Assembly (NCBI GenBank): GCA_020137815.1
Contig: CM035360.1
Coordinates: forward strand, 6,634,001-6,698,000
Direction of reading: 5' to 3'
DNA from: Hormiphora californensis
Taxonomy: Eukaryota; Animalia; Ctenophora
Length of the DNA stretch: 64,000 nucleotides
The notes under the pieces are model-generated. The model was given only the letters and a program-made list of their open reading frames with translations. It did no database searches and was not told the origin of the DNA. Both the position numbers and the translations under genes were made by a program. This document shows, in pieces, positions 1-15,400 of the stretch (within the stretch, counting starts at the first letter, position 1; each line of letters begins with the position of its first letter).

Positions 1-45
1 GGTCTCTTTGAATATTGTAGTGTACAGTTATGGTTATACACTCAC

Positions 46-4450
<4,405 letters not shown>

Positions 4451-4933
4451 ATCTAATCCACTGAGAGAGAGAGCGTTTATAGACCTTCCAAAACTAAACT
4501 GTTCAGTTGGTTAGTGTTATCATGGGTTTGCAATTAGAAAGTGAACGAGTTAGATCAAGTTGGGTTTGGAATCAGAAAAAAAAACAAATACAAAAGTTTT
4601 GAAAAGCACTAGCAAAAGAAAGGGAAAGAACGCAAATGTAACGCTATGAAAAAAAGTGAAGGGGAGAGCAAATGGGCGATTCTTCTCCAACAACATACAG
4701 GTGGATGTTAAGAGTCTGGTAGAGCTGGAATCTCCAATTATAACATTGTTCAGAACACATTGTCCAGTGCTTTATAGCACCATGAAAACAGATCTGCAAA
4801 CCACCAAGACATAGAGAGGGAGAGAGGGAGGGGGAGAGTTTCCAAGTTTCGATAGACCACCTCGCCCAACAGGCAATATTATTGCTTGCCAATACAAAAC
4901 TACTGCAGTACCAACTAATAGCCACCGTTTCAG

Positions 4934-5908
4934 ATGTTAACTTACCTGATGGTGCTACGATTGATACAGATCAACCCCAACGCAGTCGTGTTAAGTAAGT
5001 TGTGTAGTACTTAGTGGTAAACAGAACCATTATTTCAACGACAGCATATACATTAACTCACTTTGTTTTTAAAAAACCCTCCTCCCTCCAATCTCCTACC
5101 CCTCCAATCCCCTCCCCCTCCAATCCACTCCATCCCTCCAATCCCCCTGCCCCTCCAATCCACTCCATCCCCTCTAATCCCCCTCCATCCCCTCTAATCC
5201 CCCTCCACTCATAGAGCTAGATAACATTCTGGAGCCTCTGCGGGATACATTCAACTCAAAACTGAAGGATATCTGTCCCATTGGACAAGAAGTGGAAAAG
5301 GTGTGTTGTTGAATAATTGTGTTCTTTAGAATTTAATAGTAGGGGAGAACTGCCTTGTTCGACCCTCACTCTCCGAGAGTTAGATCATAACAAGGGAAGA
5401 GCTGTAGGTCTATGAACTTTTTTCCTTAGCTCATTTTCATAAGAAAGATGAATTGCTTCTGAGAGTAAGTTAAAGTTGGTTCTGTTTCCCCTCTACACAG
5501 AATTGTATTTTTGAGCTCACTATTTTCTCCCCGCCCAGGCTAACGAGCTAAAGAGAAGCGCAATGAGAACTGTAATTGGGATGGGGAAGATCCCTGAAAT
5601 AGAAAAACATCCCTCGTTTATAGAATTTATGAAGAAGATTCGGTTTTACAAGGAAATTGATAATCTATTCAAACAGGTATGTCCAGTGTCCACCCTTCCC
5701 CAGTTCCCCCCTAATCTCCCACATACCTCTTCGATATTGTCAGCTGTTCGTCTGACAGCGAACTGCGAACTGCCCAATTTGGCGGAGGACTATTGGTTTT
5801 AGTTTTTAGAAGCGTTTTCCAGCAACACAGTCATTATTATTTGACTGAATATTTGTTTTTCAGGAGTTACAAGCGAGCGATAGTGAAGAAATGGTATGGG
5901 AAAACTAG
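4934..5908 (+). CDS. CAND1: CAND1/TIP120 (cullin-associated NEDD8-dissociated protein), last four coding exons
   Basis: Exons 4934-4994, 5215-5300, 5539-5676, 5864-5908 splice in frame to MLTYLMVLRLIQINPNAVVLKLDNILEPLRDTFNSKLK...EVEKANELKRSAMRTV...IPEIEKHP...EN*. This matches the CAND1 C-terminus (MLTFLMLVRL...LDRLVEPLR...QDELKRSAMRAV). Confidence 0.9.
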
Positions 5909-6811
5909 CACAGACAATCTCACATTTTACCTTTGGTTGTATCAAAGACTATTTATGTTTGAAGTTTAGATAATTCCTTTTTGACTAAGTTAATTTGTCT
6001 TTTTATATTTGTTTTGCACATGAAATGACATTGACTATGTCACCCAGCTCATCACTCAGTAGCGACATTGGTTGATTTTCAAGTACTACTAGCCACTCGT
6101 ATCATGGACTGAGTATGTATGGACTGACTACTGAGAGCTTGACACGGTGCTTTGAGGTCTTGACAAACGAATTTACGGCGGGCGCGATTATTTAATAACT
6201 CCACTGCATCTTTGCGCGCCTTGAATTTTGAAAATACGAATCATGCGCGCGTGCTCTCATAAAATTTAAAAAAAGCGAGATCTCATTTTCGTTTTAAAAA
6301 TTTAAGATTTCTCAAAGTTCCTCCGAAAAAGTAAATCAATGTCCTAGGGCCTCTTCTGGTATCTTAGAATATTTATAGAATCACACCTGATACTGCAGCT
6401 GATCCATTTCATTAAGCAGGCCTAATCCCCGATCAGAACGGGTCTGGGGCGCTATCAGCCAAGACCGCGGCGCACAGTGATCCATGAGCCAAGTTCAATT
6501 CACTAAGCATTATATGATTTCAGGATGTCCGATTCGTCATTCGATGTCCTCCACATAAAACTAGTCGTCACATAAACATTATATTCCCCTCCTTTTTAGT
6601 GGCATGGGTCCACAGAACTCCAAAACCGGTTTAGACTTGATATGAGAACTGGTAATCCACAATAACATAGTTAGAAATTAATATCGCCTGGATCATCAAA
6701 TCCTTTTCGACCTTTATCTTTATCTCTACCGGTCCGCTATGTTCTCTGTCATGCCTAGCCTCTTACTTTCACTATTTCTCTAGTCCTCTCTCCCTGTCTC
6801 ACTTTTCTCTC

Positions 6812-6865
<54 letters not shown>

Positions 6866-8102
6866 AGTGACATTTCTATAAGTAAACACCACCGGCATGT
6901 TATTTTTCCGGGAGCAGCATATTTCGCCCTAAACCACGGTGTACACGTGAGCGACCTCAGCTCGGCTTTTCGGTCTTTGATATATATATTGAATTATAAA
7001 TGAGTCGCGATTTAAATCGACGGCCGAGGCGTCATTGTATTTCTTACTAATTTTACTCCCTCCCTTTCCTCTTACATACCTATCCCATTTTCCCTAGGCT
7101 TAGAAATTTATTATCTCTGTCTCTGAGGTGGCCTGATCCATTTTATGTGACACGGATCCAGGGTCTATGCAATATTCATGGATCTTTTGAATTATTTCCA
7201 CTTCATAATACTCCTGGCTCCTCCAAATAGAGAGGCGGGGTAGTTGTGAGCAATTATACATCAGAAGAGACAGGAGGCCGGGCTGTGTTTGTTCACACTT
7301 AATAAATTTGAGGTTGGAAATGTCTTATTAGCTTGCCATTAGCACGGCAAAAAATCCCAAGTATTTTCATTTCTCACATGTCAACGTTGATAAAATTATC
7401 GGGAGCATTTAGCAAGACCATTCATGTCTTTATTAGGTCATGCTTTTGCACCGTTGCGTGATCTGATTCCGATCAATCGCCAATCGGTGTTATTTTCTCG
7501 CTCCCATTGGCTTTGTTCTAATACAGAGCTTGCAACTTATTCTTCGGTACTACTGTCTCAGAGCTCAACTAGTTGCACGCTCTGTTCCCTTTTTCGCCTA
7601 ATTATTTATCAAAATAGGCATACATATGCATGATGCAGATTACTGCATTTCGCAAGGATTACGAACCGTGCTAACGCTATCAGCTATTGTCCTTTGTTGT
7701 TTCTCAACAAATCGTTCTGTATATTCATTTTTCACATACCATACCGGTTTGAGTGGTAGTACCACTGGTAGAGATCAACAGAGCTGTGTTGTTTTAGGCT
7801 CCCCTCCCCGGTTCTTTCTCATTATTCTAGAAGGTAAAAAGGATCCTCTTTTGCTCTCCTATGCCTTCTCACTCTCTCAGTCTCCTACTTTCTCACTCTC
7901 TTACTCTGCAGGTTTTCTTGCACAACATATTGCAGCTTGGATCATACAGTGTGTTGTTGTGTGTTGACAGATACGTACAGGACGCTGCAGCAGTAGCAGT
8001 GTACTACTACTACTACTGCTACGTCAACTTGGTAAAGCTTCATATGAGATGTGTGTCCTGTGATTTTCTAATGCTTCCATCCTGGCTGAATATTAGTACT
8101 AC

Positions 8103-8188
8103 TAACAGAATATATGAGGCCAGCAGCGTGTAACTTATACTAACAGTATAAGTTATAATACGCTGCTGGCCTCATATATATTCTGTTA
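8103..8188. mobile_element. Short palindromic hairpin / MITE-like element
   Basis: TAACAGAATATATGAGGCCAGCAGCGT...ACGCTGCTGGCCTCATATATATTCTGTTA forms a near-perfect inverted repeat. Confidence 0.6.
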
Positions 8189-8494
8189 TTCTAATTTCTG
8201 ATATATCACGAGTGTGTTATAGGAAGTGTGATTATAGTGATCTACTCAGAGAATTAGTGTTGTTATGCATGACATAATCCACTGAAAAAAAAAAGTCCAT
8301 TTTCTTATCGTTATCATCAACACGGGTCATTTCTCTATTAGCAAATCGTAGTTTGTTTTCAAAAAATATTGCACTCAGCCGAAATATATAGTTTCCGCAA
8401 TATTTTACTGCTATTTTCTATTTCTACTACCATTTATAATTTCCCCTTATAACCACTGTCCACCCGGAAATAAAAGAAACTTTTAAATATCCGG

Positions 8495-8992
8495 AATAGA
8501 CGTCTGCACGAATAATGGTAATATAATAAGGGAGACTGTCTCCCGATGTTTTGTCTTCTATGACTACCCAGTTGTATACGTGATATAGCTGTCAGAGCAA
8601 TGGTAATATAATAAGGGAGACTGTCTCCCGATGTTTTGTCTTCTATGACTACCCAGTTGTATACGTGATATAGCAATGGCCTGACAGTGATATAGCCTGG
8701 CTGGTACGTTCACCCACCTCCCGGTAAAATGGTAATGGCACGGAAACGCACTGGGGTGTCCCACTGTCTTTTTATATCCGCATTATATAATGACGTGTTA
8801 CATGTGACATTGAGGTGACTGGTAACTATATTGGAAACACATCCCTCTCTCACACACTGCTGTATAACACGCCACCTGTCTATGTAATTATGTGATGCCA
8901 TTTCTGGAAATGTGCAGTTTATATTCGTCTCTTTTCCTCTCTCTTACCTCACCATTAGGCTTTCTCTTTCTCTCTTCGTGCAGACGTCTATT
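8495..8992. mobile_element. Probable non-autonomous TIR element containing an 85-bp-period direct duplication
   Basis: 18-bp inverted repeat AATAGACGTCTGCACGAA (8495-8512) / TTCGTGCAGACGTCTATT (8975-8992). A 76-bp unit is repeated at 8514-8589 and 8599-8674. No TSD seen. Confidence 0.5.
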
Positions 8993-9534
8993 TTTGTACT
9001 TTTTGCATAAGTCATCTATTTCTGCACAGTGTATATACTCTTCCCTACACTGCGTGTGGTACATGCCCTCTCTTATTTTCCTGCAGCTTCCGCCGCATTG
9101 GTCTATAATGCACCGAATCACGAATGGTCGTGCGGTGACAGAGTCACATTTACAGTTGCAAGCAGAATGTCTCCCTCCTACTATTCGCTGTGTCCTGCAT
9201 TCTGTACCGAGTGAGTTGTCTGCATTTTGAAACACAGTACACGATATTATAAATATATAATGCTGGTTTTGTTAATATCACCCCCATCACGACTGCTGTC
9301 AGTCAATGTTCATTCGTGATCTATCGTATATATCTCTCTGCCTGTTCTCTCCCTCCCGATATATCTCTCTACCTGGTGTGTCTCTCTGTACAACCTCCCG
9401 ATATCTCTCTGATCTGCATCTCTCTGAGTAGGACTGTGCTTAGCCCTGCCTTATGCATGAACAACTGTTGCATGATTGCTTGGTTATTACACTGCTCAGA
9501 CTAGCTCTCCCTCTCTACATATAATGTAGGCTCC

Positions 9535-9640
<106 letters not shown>

Positions 9641-11126
9641 TTCTCTCTATCTCTCTCTCTATCTCCCTCTCTCTCTACATAGGCTCCTCCTTCTCCCTTT
9701 CTCTCCCAGCTCCCTGGTCTCTGCTTCTCTGCAGAAGTGAGCAGTAGTAGTAGTATATGGATATGTGTTTGTATAGGCAGTTGCTGGGATAACTAGTTTC
9801 TTGTCTACTATCATAACCATGTAGTTTCGTAAATCGTATCAGTAAGAAGTTGACATTTTTTGTCTGGGGTTTTCCCAGCAATACCTTTGCAAGATTCCCA
9901 AACTTCCCCTCTCCCACCACTCACCAGCGTTTAAATTTCCCTGCCTTGAGCCTTCATATATCAGTGACCATGTCATAAGAAGCCACTTATATTTTAAAAG
10001 CACTTACCATCTCTCTCATTGTGCTGGTAAAAGCGAATTAATTAGCTGTCTGTTAAACAGGGTGGGATCAACACATGGTGTGTATAATGCTTTAGATTAA
10101 TCAAACCCACACACACAATGCAATCTGACTATTATTATACACTCTACAGAGAGAGAGAACACTACAGCTTCTTCGTCTGTGGAGAGGTGTGGTCTGGATT
10201 CGCATATATCTGTTATATAACACAGTCAGAGGTGTTCTTTGCGTGAGGGGGAGGTTTGACGTAATTTAGCTTGTCGTTTTTAAAAACTTTTTTATCTCCA
10301 TGTTTTCTAGTGAATATTTTCTCATCGTCATCGCGTGGTTACTCAAATCAACTCATCGTGCGTCGTGTCCTAACATATTTCGTTATCTTTCCTTGTGAAT
10401 TTCTCTCTCAACTCACCAGTCCCTGATAATGATGTTTCCGATGTTGCTCAGCTGCTGCACCCGGTAGATTTACTACATTATTTATTCACCATTATTACCC
10501 CCCACTCTCTCTATTTAATGGTGGGTGGTGGTGCAGTGGTGGCTGATTGTGTTACCACCACGCACTGTATTTGTAGGTATTGCATCATGGGGCCACCCTG
10601 TTATAGGAGAGAATAGAGGGTGGGTGATGGGAGAACACAGCAGGGTGGAGGACAATACAACAGGGTGGCCCCCTCCATTAGCTCTGCCCCATTATCTGTG
10701 CAGTATTGTTAGGGTCAGCTAACCAATCCCCCAGCAAGATCGAGTGAGTCCCCTTTTTCTGGATCTCTCTCTCTAAAATGCTACCTACCTGTACTCATTG
10801 TAGGGGGACTGAACTGAGAGTTCAGATGTATTCGGAGTGAACAATGCTAACACCACACGTCATACTCACATGTGATTAACTGGTCGACATCCGGTGGTGC
10901 TGGGGGACAATGAGAGTTTGTTTATTTTAGATGGTCTAACTGTACTTGGCTTTAGGCCAATAAACCTATTGTTGTCCCATTGTTTCCGTTACAGACAGCA
11001 GCTCATAGTGAGCTCTACTAAAAACACATACTAATTCACTTTAATATTTTGTAGCGTTTTAGCTCAGTATATCCCTTCTGCTGCTTCACACGACCTGGAC
11101 TGGACGTTATATAGCTGGTATATAAT

Positions 11127-14100
11127 ATGGCCGTCTGCCCCGTTGCTTTGACCTATGGAACAGGTATGTTTGTTTGTTGTTGTATATCTTCTGTTGCGTA
11201 TCGTTGTTTGTTTACGTTCTACTATCTACTCTCCACATGACTTCACTGTTTACTCTCCACAAAATACTTACACAACATTTGCATTGCTAACACAACAATT
11301 TATTTTTCAGCGCTCGAGGCGTTTCTGGAGCAGTGTGATTTCTGCAGGAGGGAGGGGAGCAGGTTTAGGAAGTGTGGAAATGTGGGCATGAACTCCTGTA
11401 TGTTCTACGAAAATAAAGTTCAGGAACTCAAATGGTAAGTAGGTACATCGAGTTGTTACGTTGTTACCGGGGTAAATGGTTCGTCACGAAGTCACCCCTA
11501 TCGTTGTTTTATATTGCGCAGATGGGTAATTTCATTACCAAGGTAAATGGTTCTCCAGTTCTTTACTAGTTTAGTTATTTCTTCTCCTGCGGAGTTGCTT
11601 TAATCCTTCTTACCGGGGTGCGGTCAAGCAGAGAATGGCCGAGTGGGGTGATTCAAGAGGTCACGAATCATGGGACAGCAGAACTTCTGCTACCCCTTTA
11701 TCCGTGATTGGGTTGAGATCTCTGCGTGATGACTCTGAGATCTAAATATAGCCCAGAATATATGTTGCTAATTTCCCTTTTATCCTATCCCCCATTGTTA
11801 ACCCTCCCCTCCTATTCAACAGGGAGATGCACCAGTTGAAACAGCAGTACGAACAGATGGATACTGGGGATTTGATCACCCTCCACAGAGTACCAGTGTA
11901 AGTTGTACAATTCTAATGATAACAACAAACATGAACAGATCTGTTATTCTGTTTGTAAATTGTAAAACATTCTAACAACAAACATATTGTTCACTCGATA
12001 ATCTAAAGAACCTTCCAACACTTTCTACAACAATAAATATATCTTCTCTCTTCCGTTCAGTAAAGTTCCTGTCTCTGATGAGAATGAACGTATTGATGAA
12101 AACCAGATTAAACTTACTATCAACGACCTTGTGTGAGTTAAAATGGTACTATAGAAGTTTTAGTTAGTTCCCCCGTGACCCCTGTCCTAACAACTTTTTG
12201 TTTTAGTCCCATGTGATTTCACTGATTCCTGATTCCTGACTTTTCATCCTCGCATTAGTTTATCTTTTTAGGTTTATCATTAGGTTTTTAACTTGGTTAC
12301 AATCACGAGACTCCCTGACCAAATCACGAACAGATTTAATCTAATAACTCTCTCACGCAAACATGAATATATGTGTGACTAGCATATTCAATCGTTATGT
12401 ATATTTCTAGCCAGTTCTAGAACACCACGGGCCTCTAAAACACCATGTGTCATTTGAAGAAGGACCTTAATTTGATTTGCCAGACACATGTCGGGTGGCA
12501 GACCAGGTTTTTAAAGTCATGGGAGAAGGGTAAAAGTAAATAGAGAGGGTCCTGTAACGTGGGAGAGTTCTTTACTAATCCTAGTAATAAGGGAGCTCAC
12601 TCCGCAATAATATGTGCTCATGTGACGGAGAGCGACAGTGACGGACGGACGAATGGGAGGTCCAAACAATGAATAATTCATGTTTCACGTGATGATAACA
12701 AAAGTTGACCGCTTATCTAGTGTAATTCTTTTCTCTCGATGACTCACCTCGTATATTATTCAAAAACTTTCGTCCTCCTTTTGGCGAACATTCCATTAAC
12801 ATGCGGGGTGCCGGGTGGGGAAGTAGAACTTACTATTTCGTCACTGTTTTATCTGCACTATTGAAGTCACTGTCCCTATCTGAGGTATAATAAGGGACAG
12901 TGACATCACTTCCTGTCCCTCTAGAGACAAAGCGGTCTTTGCAGACGAAGGCAGCCCTACCCCACTTCTCACCCTAGCTTCATATCCACTAACACTCTCC
13001 CAGAGTTCCCCTAACCCCTAACTAACCACTCGTAACCCACTCCTCCCCTCTCCCAGATATCTACCAGAGTTTCCCAGTAAGAAGACATACCATTTCCGGT
13101 ACGTGGTGTGTCTGCCCCTCCAGAAACATGTCCTTCAGGAGAGCAAGACAGAGCTGTTCAAACAATGCGAGGTGGAGAAGGTCCTGAAGAACATGATCTT
13201 CGAATATCCAAGGTAATATAGAAATGTGATTATATATAACGTGACTTAGTATATTGTGGATATTATAAATTTTGGCTCTTTCCATCGTGTTTCCGTCGGG
13301 TTTCCGTCCAGATAGAGAATAGTATGAAGTATCGTCCCTGATGATGTCACACATTACGGGTCCTATTATTCAGGAATTCGTTTCTTTTACTCATATTATG
13401 ATAATATGATTATCTTTATCTCTGCCTTCCCATGTATTGAATAGCAAGCAAGCAGAAGGCCTCTTATAAACCCAAAAGGATTGTTTCTATTCCGTATTGA
13501 TCCTATAAAAGGACGAATCATTGGGATTAGTTGTGCCAGGATTACCCAGAGAGCGACAACTCCACGCAGCACTCTTCGAACCTGCGACGACTATTTCTTC
13601 ACTTCTTGGCATCCCCTCTCGGGGGCGTCCTTGCCTCGATCCGGCGAGCCCTGGGACTGCACGGCCAATGTAGTCCCTACCTCTCCGGCTCTTGGTTCGG
13701 GGTCCCCGGCAGGGTTGTCATTGGCTTGATGACCTAGGCGTGTAGTTTAATTTACAGTTTACTGATAAGTTACAAGTAGAAGGTGCACCAATTGCGGGGT
13801 AGTCTGGCTGTTCTTTTGTCGTCGAGTCGATTTATTCCCTCACGCATGACGCATGTTTCTTGTCTGTCTTCACACAGTTCACATGTATATCGTATGACAT
13901 GACCTCTTATCTACAGAGTATCACACTCAAACTCCAAAGGGTTGTTTCTATTCCGTATTCCTCCTATAAAATGACGAAACATGTTATCTAGTTGCGCCAG
14001 TATTACCCAGAGAGCAGACCGGGAAAGCTCCACGCAGCATTCTTCGAAACTATAGAACGCCGATCTCGAGCAGACCGTGGCGCCTTGTTTCGGGGAGCCC

Positions 14101-15301
14101 CCGTCACGCGCTCTTGGCGCCCGGTCCCGGCACGGCCATGCGGTCCTGCACGGCCAATGCGGTCCCTCACGGCCATGCCGCGGTTCCAGGTTCCACTGGC
14201 GCCTGGTGGGAGCCCCCCGGATACGGGTAAAATCGTCTGGTTGACCTGGGCGTCGTAGCACCAAGTAGAAGGTGCAACAAACGCGGGGTAGTCTGGCTGT
14301 TCTTTTGTTTCATTATGACGTCATTACCCCCTCATTATGACGTCATAACGTGTGTGTATTTTCAGGTCTGATGAGAAGATGCAGGAATCACTCCGTCGAG
14401 GCTACCTCACTATTGAATTGTATGCTGCCAGAAAGCTGAAATCCCCCTACATTATTGGAGCGACCCGGATCCCCCTCTCAACTCTCTTCACCCAGTCATC
14501 TCTAACAGGGACCATTAATCTGGGAGAGAGGGAGAAAGGGGCTGGACTCTGGGAAATGAGTTACAGTATTACAATCCGACGACCTCAAAATAAGGATGTG
14601 AGTACGTTTCACAATTATATTCCTCTCTTTGGGATATAATGCGGTCGTGACCATATTATATTTCCGTTTTTATTCAGGCAATCCCATCACCCACATAATT
14701 TCCTATTCCGTTTTAATTCAGTCATAACAATCCTGTCACGTTTTAACCCCCCTCCTCACTTTATTCACACACTCCATGACATTTCAGACAATCCAATCAC
14801 CCTCTAACCCCCCACAAAATAACCTCTAACCGTCCTTGTCCCAATTCAGGCTCGAGAAAACTTCACTCTCGTTGAGAAGACATGGCTGGCCCTTGAACCA
14901 CAGAAAGATAGTAGCAGAGCACGACGCTCCTCCATAGCCTGTATGAACGCTAAACTTAGCAACCGAACTAAAAAGTCAAAACGGCACTCACAGATGAAGG
15001 TATTTTATTGCACCTCTCACTCAAATCAAGTTTTTCTAGATTTGTCAAGTGTTCCAAACCAAGCTAAACCCCTACTCTTGCGTGTCCCTAACATCCCCTA
15101 CTCCCCCTACAGTTATCAACTAATGAGAATTTATCGCCAATCAAAACAAAACAAAGCTCTCTGGAGGAAGAGAAAGACGAAGAGGAAGAGGATAACCAAC
15201 AAGACGTGAAAGAAGATAAAGTTAGCGATAGTTTAGTGTCAGGAAACACTGCTGCCAAAGTGAAAAAGACGTTTACCAGACGACTTAGCACCATTTTCTA
15301 G
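11127..15301 (+). CDS. CC2D1/Lgd-like C2-domain protein (~344 aa), apparently without DM14 repeats
   Basis: Exons 11127-11163, 11311-11434, 11823-11897, 12061-12132, 13057-13212, 14366-14597, 14850-14999, 15113-15301 join in frame (1035 nt). Helical region (LEAFLEQCDFCRREGSRFRKCGNV) plus a C2 domain ending ITIRRPQ...VEKTWLALEP, similar to CC2D1A VRIREPL...TERWLVIDP. Confidence 0.7.
13481..13510 (+). promoter_or_regulatory. Upstream element + TATA box of ncRNA candidate 1 (type-3 Pol III-like)
   Basis: TTGTTTCTATTCCGTATT (13481-13498) and TATAAAA (13504-13510). Both are conserved at identical spacing upstream of copy 2. Confidence 0.55.
13529..13817 (+). ncRNA. Unassigned structured ncRNA candidate, copy 1 (~290 nt)
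   Basis: Starts 25 nt after the TATA start. 5' GCCAGGATTAC pairs with 3' GTAGTCTGGC, GCACTCTTC pairs with GAAGGTGC, internal hairpin GGGACTGCA-CGGCCAA-TGTAGTCCC, ends in TTCTTTT. Confidence 0.55.
13942..13971 (+). promoter_or_regulatory. Upstream element + TATA box of ncRNA candidate 2
   Basis: TTGTTTCTATTCCGTATT (13942-13959) and TATAAAA (13965-13971). Confidence 0.55.
13990..14306 (+). ncRNA. Unassigned structured ncRNA candidate, copy 2 (~317 nt)
   Basis: Same 5' and 3' blocks as copy 1 and the same 25-nt TATA spacing. The GC-rich interior is diverged and has three tandem CACGGCCA(A)TGC units. Ends in TTCTTTT. Confidence 0.55.
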
Positions 15302-15329
15302 TAATATAATGTGATATTATTTCTGGGAC

Positions 15330-15400
<71 letters not shown>

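Noticed and set aside
4701-4814. Acceptor-preceded short ORF (VDVKSLVELESP...) upstream of the CAND1 exons
   Set aside because: No usable donor or convincing CAND1 similarity, and it ends in a stop.
6520-8060. Possible small exons or uORFs upstream of the CC2D1-like gene
   Set aside because: Could not be joined into a coherent reading frame; at most 5'UTR exons.
8888-9235. Cys-rich minus-strand ORF containing RIVGG
   Set aside because: No protease motifs or signal-peptide exon found, and it runs through a TIR at 8975-8992; probably chance.
11640-11760. Cluster of short hairpins with TGATGA/CTGA in intron 2 (snoRNA?)
   Set aside because: Box spacing is far too short for a C/D snoRNA and the stems are only 6-7 bp; insufficient support.
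13529-14306. Assignment of the ncRNA pair to RNase MRP/P, 7SK, SRP or telomerase RNA
   Set aside because: Only partial resemblance: GAAAG is in one copy only, CAGAGAG is in the wrong order for MRP, and there is no GAUC pair or CUAACCC template. Left unassigned.
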